A stretch of 64,000 nucleotides of DNA. It comes from Acidobacteriota bacterium (GTDB lineage: Bacteria > Acidobacteriota > UBA6911 > RPQK01 > JADFOI01). Shown here one piece after another: positions 30,177-40,270 of this stretch; position 1 is the first letter of the stretch, and every line of letters starts with the position of its first letter. The notes beneath the pieces were generated by a model, which saw nothing but the letters and a program-made list of their open reading frames with translations, did not search any database and was not told the origin of the DNA. The stretch covers positions 2,656,001 to 2,720,000 of the forward strand of contig OY760074.1 of NCBI GenBank assembly GCA_963663035.1, read 5' to 3'. A program made the translations under genes and the position numbers.

Positions 30177-31826
30177 TCACTGACAAGTAAAATTAGCCGC
30201 CACCCAGTTGGCGGGATCGTTTTCTCCTCCGGAAGGGCCGCTGTAAACGGCCAGCTCGGGGTAGGCGCAAAGCGGTCGCTCGTTGTCAATCACCCCATCG
30301 GTGCTGTGGGTCGCGACCACGAAGTCCGAGGCATTGCCGTTTTCCACCCAGTCCACCAGTGGGGAGAGCTTGTCCCAGGTATTGGGCCCCGGCCCGCCTC
30401 GGCAGTGGGCCATCCCCGGCGCCATAAAGAGCCGGGCGTGGTTCCTGGCAGCTTCCATATCGCCCGCGAAGGTGGTGGTGACCACGTCCTTATAGTAATC
30501 AACCGTGGGCTCGGTGTGGCTCCCGGGATCACTCCAGCCGTGGTAAAGGATCAACTTGCCGTCGTTTTTGAGCAGAAATCGCTCCAGGTCGGGGTCAGTG
30601 GCATCGGTGATCGACCTCATCAGGTCGGCCTTACCTGCCGTGAAGTCGTCGATGTTGAATTCCCACCAGGCCCACTCGGGCGGCATCCGTGTTTTATCCG
30701 GGGTCTGGGAGAGATCCATGAGGTCCGGCACGGTCACACCCGGGTCGGTCTCGTAGAACAGATAGTTGAGGTGATCACCGGAGACGCCCAACTCGGACGG
30801 GGTCCGACCCGAATGAGGAATGAGTTGATTGGCCCACCCGAATTCCGAACCCTTGGCTTTGCCCTTGAGAATGGAAACACCCCTACTATCGTATGCACCC
30901 GAATAGATATCCTTGATGGTCTGTATCTGCGCTGTGGTAAAGCAGGCATCGGCGTCCACATTTCCAGCGCACATCATCTCGGCTAAATCCACCTCGGGAT
31001 CAAAATCGCAGCTGAGCGGATCATCGATCACGCCGTCGGTGATCCCGTCATTGGCGTCGCATTTGTCCAGGACTGCCTCCTCCAGAATCTCCAGCTTGGT
31101 AAGGCTGTCAAAGCTACCATCCCCGTCGGTGTCAAAGGCCAGGGCGCCCGCAAAGTCATTTTGAAACACCCTTTGCAGCATCCACACATGGCTTGCATTC
31201 AAGGCCTGGTAGTTCTTCACCGGAGCACCGGCAACGATCCCGTCAAAATCATAGGGGTAACGCTGGGCTTCCATCAACCCCTGCAGACCACCCGTCGAGC
31301 AGCCCTCAAAGTAGGAGTATTCCGGCTCCTGGTCGTAATAGGCTTCGATCACGGTCTTGGCCGCGTTGGCGGTGAGATGCACCGCCCGGTAGCCAAAATC
31401 GATTTCTGCCTGCCGGTTGTTAAAGCCAAAGGAGGCTCTGGGTTCCGCTCCGCTGTCGTGACCGTTATTACTGTTGGCCACCGCATATCCTTCGGCCACG
31501 CGGTGATCGGCAAGACTCAAGGACCCGCCCTTGCCGCCATCTCCCCACTTGAGAAACCGGCCGTTCCAGCTCTCGGGCAGGGGCAACTGGACGTGATAAA
31601 GAATGGCCGAAGAAATGGCTCCCTTGACGTAACAGTAGGCCGGCGTCGAGTCGGCGGCCGGGACCAATTCAGCCGATGTAATGGTGAGATTGCGTATCTC
31701 GGTGAGCGCCAGGCAAGCCAGCTCCTCTTCCGAGAAGGCCTGGTCTCCGATCAGGCCACCGCAACCTGCCAGCCCCAATGCAAAGGCGGCCAAAAAAAGT
31801 GTGATTGAGTAGTATTGGCGACTCAT
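30177..31826 (-). CDS. Tannase/feruloyl esterase family lipoprotein
   Basis: GCSTGG, DFDGIVAGAP, YHGWSD, PGMAHC; lipobox LAGC. Confidence 0.92.
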   Translation of the reverse strand: MSRQYYSITLFLAAFALGLAGCGGLIGDQAFSEEELACLALTEIRNLTITSAELVPAADSTPAYCYVKGAISSAILYHVQLPLPESWNGRFLKWGDGGKGGSLSLADHRVAEGYAVANSNNGHDSGAEPRASFGFNNRQAEIDFGYRAVHLTANAAKTVIEAYYDQEPEYSYFEGCSTGGLQGLMEAQRYPYDFDGIVAGAPVKNYQALNASHVWMLQRVFQNDFAGALAFDTDGDGSFDSLTKLEILEEAVLDKCDANDGITDGVIDDPLSCDFDPEVDLAEMMCAGNVDADACFTTAQIQTIKDIYSGAYDSRGVSILKGKAKGSEFGWANQLIPHSGRTPSELGVSGDHLNYLFYETDPGVTVPDLMDLSQTPDKTRMPPEWAWWEFNIDDFTAGKADLMRSITDATDPDLERFLLKNDGKLILYHGWSDPGSHTEPTVDYYKDVVTTTFAGDMEAARNHARLFMAPGMAHCRGGPGPNTWDKLSPLVDWVENGNASDFVVATHSTDGVIDNERPLCAYPELAVYSGPSGGENDPANWVAANFTCQ

Positions 31827-31954
31827 GATTCCCCTCCCTTGATAAGACCCTTTGACGCTTACCCGTTTCAGGTCTGTGATGTGAGGGAATAGTACTACCG
31901 ACAGTGCACAATCACAACTTTCTAATGCTCCTCAGGGAAGTGGAGACGGTGCCG

Positions 31955-32284
31955 CTATTTCGGCGGCAGTGACAAGGCCAGGGTCATGGCCAGGGTGAGC
32001 CAGAAATCCAAACTGGAGTCAGTCTCATGCCCTTTGGGATCAACCATGACCCAGCCCGTCATGGCTCGACCCGTTATATCGAACTCTTTCGCGTAAGGTT
32101 GTGAGAGTGCCTCTTGGTAGTGGGCAGGTCCGACCCGAACAATCAGAGAATCATTTAACACTCCGCAGGCCATGTTTCCATAAACCATGAACCCGACACC
32201 GCCGAACATCTTCTTTTCGACTAAATCTGGCTGGTCGCTAAAGCCCTCACGAACACGCTGGGCTAACCCTTCATCGTACGCCAT
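31955..32284 (-). CDS. TfoX/Sxy N-terminal domain protein
   Basis: MAYDEGLAQRVR, EKKMFGG, GNMACG, LIVRVGP, SLPPK. Confidence 0.88.
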   Translation of the reverse strand: MAYDEGLAQRVREGFSDQPDLVEKKMFGGVGFMVYGNMACGVLNDSLIVRVGPAHYQEALSQPYAKEFDITGRAMTGWVMVDPKGHETDSSLDFWLTLAMTLALSLPPK

Positions 32285-32670
32285 GCCTGCACTCAATCTT
32301 CTCTAGTTGTACCCAAACCCAAACACCATCGAACCAACACATCGCTCCCCTTGAGAAGACTCAAAGCTGCACCAGGCGGTCATTTGTAAACTTGTGTTGA
32401 CATGGTTTGCGGTAATCTCAAAGCTCCCATTTCAAGATGGTGGCCAAAAACAGACAGCAACTTGTTTAGGATCAGTGAGTTAAGCTAATTCTGCTAGATC
32501 CTCTCAGCGGGATGGCACATGAATTGCTTTTTGAAGGAATGGCGTTCATGAGCAGACTTAATGGATTCCATGATTCACACTTCTTCAAAACACTGAGAAT
32601 CACATCCGAGATCTGCCGGCAGATATGGTCCTTAGGTGAAACGCCCGGTTTCAACAATTGGAGGCAAACC

Positions 32671-33759
32671 ATGAAAGGGATTCGAATTGGTGTCCTGTTT
32701 GTTCTGATCACCACAAATGCTTGCAGCCTCGCCCAAATTCTCACATCGTCGGTTGATTCTGAGGAGCTCCACACACTGATCAACGATGTCAATCAACAAT
32801 CTGGGATCGAGGCCGTTCATTACGTTCGGGGACGAGTGCAGAAAGTCATACGGTCACCACTCGACATGGTCCTTGTAGGCCGACTCTTCGAGGAAGCATC
32901 CAAGTCCTACGACCGGTGTTTTATTTCCACCAGAGAGCTAGGTTGCAGCCCTTATCTTTCTTACGGATTCGCCTATTGGCTGTCTATGTCGGAACAGTAT
33001 GAACAGTCCAACGAAATCCTTACACCGTTACTAGAGACAGGAGAGAACCTTCCCTACGCCAGACTCTCACTTGGATATAACTACATGAATTTGGACAAAA
33101 CAATGGAGGCCATAGCTGTCCTGGAAGAAGCAGCCAAGATCTTTCCAGATGCTGATCCTGATTTAACATATCGAATTCACAACAATTTGGGCATCGTCTA
33201 TTCCGATCTGGAGAAACTCGAAAAGAGCATTGTCCATTACCAGAAAGCAACCGAGGCGAATCCACATGACCCCTTCCCTTTTCAAAATATCGGTGCCGTG
33301 TATCAGGACTTAGGGGAATGGGAAAAGGCGATCGAGTATGGGCGTCAAGCAATAGAAATCAGTAGTTACCCGGCAGCACACTACGCTCTGGGATCGGCGT
33401 ACTTGGGAGTCGAGGCCTACGGACAAGCCGCCGAGCAGTTTGAAATCGCCGTCGAGCTGCTGCCCACCTATAAAATTGCTTGGCTATACCTAGGCAATTC
33501 CTATGTCGATCTCGGACGATACTCGGAAGCCAGGAATGCCTATAAGGAATGCTTGAAGATTGATCCTGAGTATGTCCATGGCTGGGCTGGTCTAGGTTGG
33601 GTCAGCAATAAGCTGGGGGACTATGAGTCCGCAATCGAAGAGTTTCAGCACGCACTTCAATATGGACCCGATGATAGGTTTGCACAAGCGCAATTGCAGA
33701 GAGCTCTGTCTGCTAAAAACAATCCCAGTAGAGGAGCCCAAGCCTCGCAGCCTAGATGA
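32671..33759 (+). CDS. Exported tetratricopeptide-repeat protein
   Basis: GGAGG RBS; signal peptide; about seven 34-aa TPRs (HNNLGIVY, QNIGAVY, YALGSAY, YLGNSY). Confidence 0.85.
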   Translation: MKGIRIGVLFVLITTNACSLAQILTSSVDSEELHTLINDVNQQSGIEAVHYVRGRVQKVIRSPLDMVLVGRLFEEASKSYDRCFISTRELGCSPYLSYGFAYWLSMSEQYEQSNEILTPLLETGENLPYARLSLGYNYMNLDKTMEAIAVLEEAAKIFPDADPDLTYRIHNNLGIVYSDLEKLEKSIVHYQKATEANPHDPFPFQNIGAVYQDLGEWEKAIEYGRQAIEISSYPAAHYALGSAYLGVEAYGQAAEQFEIAVELLPTYKIAWLYLGNSYVDLGRYSEARNAYKECLKIDPEYVHGWAGLGWVSNKLGDYESAIEEFQHALQYGPDDRFAQAQLQRALSAKNNPSRGAQASQPR

Positions 33760-33763
33760 ATGA

Positions 33764-34597
33764 ATGAAAAGACCTTTTGTTTCGTTAATCACCTCTATTT
33801 TCGTTTCTCTGGCCTGTCTATCGAGTGGGCTTGCCCAGGAAACAAATGTCGCGGTTACTCTCAGTGACTCACTTGATCAGCCACAAGAAGCAGAGCCCGT
33901 CGTTCATTCTTTCGGCGGTCAGGAAATTACATTACCTATTGCTGTTCAGACAAGTTCACGAGAACAGATCCATTTGAAAGCGACTCTGACGCAGGTCACT
34001 TTTTCCCTGGCAGCAGAATACAACGTTGTCCCTGAGATATCCCCGTCACTCGACCAGGAAGATCGTCCCAGGGCAGACCGTGAGGTCAAATTAGAATTAC
34101 CAACAGTTCAAAGAGAGTCTGACTTTCAATTGAGCTTTCAAGCCCAAACAGCGTCGCAGGATCTGTGGTCCGAGGCCGGTGTTGTTCATATTCGAGTCTA
34201 CCCCAAAGACTTGTTAGCCCCTCTAAAGACTTGGTCCCGGAGAGTTCAGTTGCGGCTGGATGATAGCGAGGGAATCTTGGAAGGTTTCTTGGCAGCTCAG
34301 GATGTTGTCTTTGTCGATTCCAAAGCCCAGATGGAGAAGCGTGAGGGAGTTCCAATTGTCACCATGATTGTCAAACACACACACAAAGTTTCGTTGCCAC
34401 GACGTCCTCTGGCGCCCCACCATTCCATCATTGTTTTTAACGAGCAAGTGGAAAATCTAGCCAAGGTCGTGGTGAGACCGTTCGGTCAGGGCCAGTTGAT
34501 TCAGGTCGATCTTCAGATCATCCAACAGCTATCGGAGGATCCCAGGGCCCAAAAGCAATTTCTGGAAATCATTCAATTGGCCCATCAAGCCTTTTAG
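33764..34597 (+). CDS. Exported hypothetical protein, first gene of the CsgG-domain operon
   Basis: Signal peptide ending GLA-QE; beta-rich N-terminal half. Confidence 0.75.
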   Translation: MKRPFVSLITSIFVSLACLSSGLAQETNVAVTLSDSLDQPQEAEPVVHSFGGQEITLPIAVQTSSREQIHLKATLTQVTFSLAAEYNVVPEISPSLDQEDRPRADREVKLELPTVQRESDFQLSFQAQTASQDLWSEAGVVHIRVYPKDLLAPLKTWSRRVQLRLDDSEGILEGFLAAQDVVFVDSKAQMEKREGVPIVTMIVKHTHKVSLPRRPLAPHHSIIVFNEQVENLAKVVVRPFGQGQLIQVDLQIIQQLSEDPRAQKQFLEIIQLAHQAF

Positions 34598-34614
34598 TCA
34601 ACAGGAGGTTTTTT

Positions 34615-35764
34615 ATGAGAAGCAGAGTAAAAAGTGACTTGAGTCTCAGTATCTGTCTGGCATTCGCCCTAGTTCTCTTGGTCCCCACAGTGGGCCCAGG
34701 AGCAGGAAGCAGATCAGCAGCCTTACACGGTGGCAGTCCTGGACTTCCAATCGAGCGTGGAGGACCTGAAGGATGTGGCTCAGGATGTCACATTGCTGGT
34801 CAATGCCTACCTCTCTTCGGAAGAAGGGCTATCTCTGGCATGGGCCCAGGAGCAGGAAGCAGATCAGCAGCCTTACACGGTGGCAGTCCTGGACTTCCAA
34901 TCGAGCGTGGAGGACCTGAAGGATGTGGCTCAGGATGTCACATTGCTGGTCAATGCCTACCTCTCTTCGGAAGAAGGGCTATCTCTGGTGGAGAGGGCCG
35001 AATTGGATAAAGTGCTGGGAGAACTCGCCCTGGGAATGTCTGGTACGGTAACAGCGAATTCAGCAGCCAGGATCGGACAACTGACCGGTGCCAAGATCTT
35101 GGTTACCGGCCGTGTTTTTGCGATTCAAAACGAGCTCTATCTGGTCGCCAAAATTATCGGTTCAGAAACCGGCCAGGTTTTTGGTGAAACCGTAGACGTC
35201 TCCTTACGCTCTCCCTATGCGGATGCCAGCAAGGAATTGGCCCAACAAATCGCCCAAACTGTCCTGGCCAAAGGTGAGATTTTACTCGCCCAGAAGATAG
35301 AAACGCACGATTCCCTGGAAGACCTGAAGTTTCTGATGGAAGGAAAGGAAGGGCTTCCGGTGATCAGTGTGAGTATTGATGAGCAGCATGTAGGTCAGAG
35401 GGTTCTGGACCCGGCAGCAGAGACAGAAATCAATTTCGCCTTGTCGAGTTTGGGCTTTGATCTTGTTGATCCCGCCACCACCACCTCAGCACCAGATCTT
35501 GAGATTACCGGAGAGGCCTTCAGTGAATTCGGTATGCGGAACGGGGACCTGGTCTCCTGCAAGGGACGAGTGGAGGTGAAGGTTCTGGAGCGTTCAACCG
35601 GTAAGATCATTGCCGTCGACCGCCAAACCGAAGTGGCAGTGGACATATCCGAACAGATAGCCGGTAAGGCCGCACTTCAGACAGCAGCCCACAAGATCGC
35701 CATTCGCATCGTGCCCAAGATTCTGCAAGCCATGGAAGAGTCTGAAAGTTCGCTTTCACAATAG
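34615..35764 (+). pseudogene. CsgG/TolB-N-like exported protein, frame broken by a 148-nt duplication
   Basis: TVAVLDF...LVERAELDKVLGEL...AARIGQLTGAKILVTG; 34691-34838 repeats at 34841-34988; AGGAGG RBS and signal peptide lie in a different frame from the body. Confidence 0.82.
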
Positions 35765-35777
35765 GAAAGTCCTGCCA

Positions 35778-38700
35778 TTGCCTAAACTGAAACGAAATGT
35801 ATCCATTGCCGGGGTGATCCTGTTGAGCGCTCTGCTCATCGGAATGCCCCAGAGGCAGGTCCAGGGGGCCAGTTTAGAGCAAATCGCGGTGATTAACTTT
35901 CAGCGAGCCGATGAGTTCGATGGTGCATTGAACCAGGAGGCCTCCACCACCACTCTCACCGTCGGGCCTCTCATTGCCCGCCGTGAAGATCAAACCTGGT
36001 TGAACAAGGCCATCGCAGATCTCTTGATCAAAAACCTCTCCGAAGTTCAGTCGTTGGTTGTTCTGGAACGAGAAAAGATGCAGACCTTTTCCAATGAAAT
36101 CGAACTCGGGGATTCCGCCGTGTTCAATCAGGAAAAGGCCCTGCGGGTAGGACGAGTGGCAAAGGTCGAGACGGTCATCTATGGGAATTACCTGATGTCA
36201 GGTAACCGAATCACCATTTCGATCTTCCTTTTAGATTTGGAGACACAGGATGTCCTCCAAACCGAAGAAGTCACCGGTGACTACGATCAACTGCGAACAC
36301 TCATCCAGGCACTGGTGTTTCAATTCCTGGGTAATCGCAATCTTGACCTTTCCCCCATCGAAAAGGAAAAGATTCGGTTCAAGGTCACCGATTCCATGAC
36401 TGCTACAGAGCACTTCTATCGAGGGATTGATCTTTATGATCAGGGGCAATACTCCGAGGCCTTTGGTGAATTCCTGAGGGCTGCTAACCAGGACAGTCAG
36501 TTTCTGGAGGCCAGTCTGTGGGTTGGGAAGATGCTGGAAGCTCAGGAATTTTATCGGCATTCGATCCTGACATACGAAAAGCTCTATGCAACCTTTCCTC
36601 AAAGCATTGAAGGCCGAGATGGACTTCTCTTTGCTGCCAAAATTTTGCAGCTCAAGTTAGGCGAGGAGGCCAAGGCCATTCAAGCTTTTAGAAAGTTGAC
36701 GGATATCCGTCCCATCAGTCCCCACAGCCTGCAGGCCTCATTTGAATTGGGTGACTTACTGCAAAACCGCGGTGAGTACTTTGAAGCCTATAAGCAGTTC
36801 CAAAAGGTTGATGATTTTCGCAACGAGAATTCCCTGACGCCCCTCTCTGCCCTGAGCTCACAAACCAGAACCTCGCGGTTTTTTACCTGGAGGGAGACCC
36901 TGGAGCTGTACAAGGAATCCATCGTGAAGATGGTTGCCCTCTATCGAAAAATGATTGGAGAGATGGATCAGGAAGAACTCCCAGCCGTTCCGCGAGGGAG
37001 CATACTGATTAGTGCGACAGATCCGAGTCATCATGAAGCTCGCTATGGGTACACGGAGTCTCTTTTTTCGCACGAATCCAGATATGAAAATTGGAATGAA
37101 AGACTTTATGTTGTTCTGGTTCCTGAAGGATACGCGGCCACGGGAATTGACTTCAGTATCACCGGGCAGATGAAGGAATTGTCTCCCGGTTATGATTTCG
37201 GGATGCGAATCCTACCCTTTCCTTTGCCGCGAGATTTTGACAGACACTGGTACGGCGTCATCTTCGGACAGACGGACAAAAAGACGACCTTGAGAAAGTC
37301 TGTTTCATTCTCCGGAGAGCGGCTCAATATTTTCACCATCCAGCTTCTCGAGAATCACTCCAAAATCTCTGATTGGAGCTTTCATGTGCAGCTGAGTGCA
37401 GAGGATCCCAGTCAAATTCAAACGGAAGCGCTCCAACCCACACCATCAGAGACGTTCTGGGAGGGACAGCCACTGGCTCGGATTCCCCTCCAGGTAAACA
37501 CTTTGGCTGGGGCTACGCGATTGCAACAACAGATCTGGTATCAGCCCAAGAAGGAAATGGATCTGCTCCATGACCCCGCGAGCGGCTATTACCTGGTCGT
37601 CTCTCAGGGGGAACTGGATGGCCAGCAAACGGATCTGTTTTTTGCCCATAGCGCAGACGGAAAACAATGGCCTCCTCTGGAGGGGCTGGGCATCCACTCA
37701 TCCAGCGAAGATTTCAATCCACGCCTGATCCGCTCCGAAGATGGAAGGATATGGCTGGCTTGGATTTCAACCCGCCGCGGGAAAGGCTGGGAGCTGATGT
37801 TGAGCCATCTCAATGAAGACAATGAGTGGGTGAGCCCCCGACGGGTTCCGTTGGAACGATTTTCAGACCCGGGCATGGAAAGCCGCATGAGCAATCTGGC
37901 GAACGTCCTCCTCGAATTTGACATCTTTCAAGACAACAGAGGTCGTTGGATCATCGCCTATTACTCCCATGATGATCAGAGCATGGTCCTCATCAGGTCC
38001 TCTGATGCCAGGGAATGGACGCTCTTGTCCAAAATTGAAACCGGCCAAGTGACTTATGGAGCCGCTTTGATCCAGGATAGCTCGGCGGTTTATCGTTTGG
38101 GATTCCTGGGTGAGCGGGGTCGTTTGCACCTGTGGAGTTCAAGGGACGGCATCCGATGGGATCAGCGCTACTTCGATATTCAGTTCTGGAATCAAGGCCT
38201 GACGCCCGGCCCCAGAGTTCATCGCCTGCGCTTATTTCCACTTGAGGCGGGTCATCTTCTCGTCCTGGTTTCGGACAATCAATATGGCTTGCAGTTTGCG
38301 CGTTTTCATGCGGATTCGGGAGAGCCCGTGTTGGATCTGGTCACCCGCGTGGGAATGGAGCCCTATTCTGTCACCCGCACATCAGACAACCACTATATCG
38401 TGGCCTTTAAAGAGGACGAATACATCACTCTCCGGCAGTATGAGAAGTTTAATATCAGTGGAGAGGAGATCAAAAAAGATACTCGAGGCTGGCCGATCTA
38501 CAGAGAAACCGAGGCGGATTTGGATGGCCACACCTGGACGCGGATTTTTGCTCAGATGCGTCGCATCGTGTCCGATGTCACCTCCCTGGGATTGGAAGCC
38601 AACGGCCGTCTCTGGTGGGGTATCGAGAGCGGCATCATGTACAAACAGGGAAACCAGTTTGTGGCCACAGATGTGTCTCAGGGATTTTTCTATCACTTCA

Positions 38701-39464
38701 TAACCCACATCGTCAGCTGCTCCAATCAGAGGGTTTGGTTTTCATCTCAATATCTCGATAAACCCCAACTCGGTCTTGTGCAGAGGCCGAACCTGGGCAC
38801 AAACAGCAGACTCAGATCTCAGACCGTTTGGGTCCCCAACCTCACTGGCTCCATCACCGATATGACCTGTGGAGGGGAAACTTCACAAATTCTGGTCAGC
38901 TCTGATGAGGGGAAAGTTGTGGGGTTTGATGGCCAGGAGACGTTCCTGGAACGATCCTTGCCCGTCAAGGCTCATATCACTGCCTTGACCTACGACAAGG
39001 AGAGAGATGAGCTGTGGGTGGGAACCCAGAATAATGGACTCTTCCTGTTTGCAGGGAATGAACTGAGGCAATACAACCCATCCAATTCATTGGTTTCCAA
39101 TCAGCTTATTGACTTGACTCTGGATCAGCAGGGGGCCTTGTGGGTGGGCTTGCGGGGTGGGGGATTAGTGCGGTACCAGCTGGGGAACTGGGAGCAATTT
39201 ACCCCCGAGAACTCCGACGTTCAGTATTGGTCAGTGGGGAAGCTGGCAGCTGACCCCGAGCGGGGCATCTGGTATCTCCCTCATGATGAGGTGCGCTCCA
39301 GAGGCCTGGGATATTTTGACGGCAACACGGGCCGAGTCTTTAATCCGCCCCATCAGATTCTAGCCAGTCCCAGTTCATTGCTGGTGGAACCCTCTGGAGT
39401 GATCTGGGTCGGCACCTGGTACGACGGCCTCTACCAATTGGTCAGGGAGGACCTAGTCCAGTGA
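35778..39464 (+). CDS. 1228-aa exported protein: CsgG-like domain, TPRs, Asp-box propeller, two-component-regulator-type propeller
   Basis: IAVINF...VLEREK...ALRVGR; TPR helices; SADGKQW, SSDAREW, SRDGIRW Asp-boxes; LWVGT repeats. Confidence 0.85.
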   Translation: MPKLKRNVSIAGVILLSALLIGMPQRQVQGASLEQIAVINFQRADEFDGALNQEASTTTLTVGPLIARREDQTWLNKAIADLLIKNLSEVQSLVVLEREKMQTFSNEIELGDSAVFNQEKALRVGRVAKVETVIYGNYLMSGNRITISIFLLDLETQDVLQTEEVTGDYDQLRTLIQALVFQFLGNRNLDLSPIEKEKIRFKVTDSMTATEHFYRGIDLYDQGQYSEAFGEFLRAANQDSQFLEASLWVGKMLEAQEFYRHSILTYEKLYATFPQSIEGRDGLLFAAKILQLKLGEEAKAIQAFRKLTDIRPISPHSLQASFELGDLLQNRGEYFEAYKQFQKVDDFRNENSLTPLSALSSQTRTSRFFTWRETLELYKESIVKMVALYRKMIGEMDQEELPAVPRGSILISATDPSHHEARYGYTESLFSHESRYENWNERLYVVLVPEGYAATGIDFSITGQMKELSPGYDFGMRILPFPLPRDFDRHWYGVIFGQTDKKTTLRKSVSFSGERLNIFTIQLLENHSKISDWSFHVQLSAEDPSQIQTEALQPTPSETFWEGQPLARIPLQVNTLAGATRLQQQIWYQPKKEMDLLHDPASGYYLVVSQGELDGQQTDLFFAHSADGKQWPPLEGLGIHSSSEDFNPRLIRSEDGRIWLAWISTRRGKGWELMLSHLNEDNEWVSPRRVPLERFSDPGMESRMSNLANVLLEFDIFQDNRGRWIIAYYSHDDQSMVLIRSSDAREWTLLSKIETGQVTYGAALIQDSSAVYRLGFLGERGRLHLWSSRDGIRWDQRYFDIQFWNQGLTPGPRVHRLRLFPLEAGHLLVLVSDNQYGLQFARFHADSGEPVLDLVTRVGMEPYSVTRTSDNHYIVAFKEDEYITLRQYEKFNISGEEIKKDTRGWPIYRETEADLDGHTWTRIFAQMRRIVSDVTSLGLEANGRLWWGIESGIMYKQGNQFVATDVSQGFFYHFITHIVSCSNQRVWFSSQYLDKPQLGLVQRPNLGTNSRLRSQTVWVPNLTGSITDMTCGGETSQILVSSDEGKVVGFDGQETFLERSLPVKAHITALTYDKERDELWVGTQNNGLFLFAGNELRQYNPSNSLVSNQLIDLTLDQQGALWVGLRGGGLVRYQLGNWEQFTPENSDVQYWSVGKLAADPERGIWYLPHDEVRSRGLGYFDGNTGRVFNPPHQILASPSSLLVEPSGVIWVGTWYDGLYQLVREDLVQ

Positions 39465-40270
39465 AGAAGACCGCTCTCTTTTCAATCAGCATACTTTCTC
39501 TGACCTGGACCCTCAGTCAAGTCCAGGTTCTGGCACAGGACGTACCGGTCATCCTGATCGTGCCCTTTGAGAACGCCACAGGCACACAGGAGTACGATGC
39601 CCTGGAAGAAGGCCTTCCCGATCTGTTGACGGCCTTTTTGACCCCCCATGACGATCAACTGAGGATCATCGACCGAATTCTCCTGGAAGAGATCTTTGCT
39701 GAGAGAAGTCTCAGCTGGCAGGGTTTTTCGGAGAAGGATACTTTTCAGAAGGCAGGTCAGCTAGCCCAGGCACAGTACATTCTGAGGGGAAGCATTTCCC
39801 TCTCGGCGAATGTGTTGGGGATCAATGCCCTGCTCTATGAAACTGACACAACGCGTTTGGTCGGGTCCCTTGAGAGCTGGGTCCCCTCGGATCAATTAAC
39901 GAGTGCCGCCCAGGACCTTGCCCAGCAGCTCGCAGAACAGTTTGAGACCGAGATTCCGGAAGTTCCCGAACTCCCGCTCGAAGAAGATCCCGCCAAGAGT
40001 GTCAACCTCATGTATGGACTGAGCTATTACTATGCTGGCCAATACGAGAAGGCCTTGACTTATACCATGAAAATTCTCGAGGACGACGCCGATGATGAGT
40101 TGGGACGCTATTGGCTGGCCCAAAGTTTTCTGGGAGCGGGACTTGAGAACCACGCCCGCCTGGAATTCCAGGATTTCCTGGCAAGGTTCCCTGACAGCCC
40201 AAAGGCCGGGGAGATCAGAAACCAGTTAGAGAGTTTAGAAAAAAAGGAGGACAGATCGAATGTTCAATAA
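39461..40270 (+). CDS. Exported CsgG/FlgO-like domain plus TPR protein
   Basis: ILIVPFENAT...GLPDLL...IIDR...AQYILRGS; C-terminal TPR with FLARFPDSP; GTGA overlap with previous gene. Confidence 0.82.
   Translation: MKKTALFSISILSLTWTLSQVQVLAQDVPVILIVPFENATGTQEYDALEEGLPDLLTAFLTPHDDQLRIIDRILLEEIFAERSLSWQGFSEKDTFQKAGQLAQAQYILRGSISLSANVLGINALLYETDTTRLVGSLESWVPSDQLTSAAQDLAQQLAEQFETEIPEVPELPLEEDPAKSVNLMYGLSYYYAGQYEKALTYTMKILEDDADDELGRYWLAQSFLGAGLENHARLEFQDFLARFPDSPKAGEIRNQLESLEKKEDRSNVQ

Noticed and set aside
26119-31808. Long plus-strand ORFs (26119, 26899, 29412, 30162, 31161)
   Set aside because: Antisense shadows of well-supported GC-rich minus-strand genes, with no recognisable motifs
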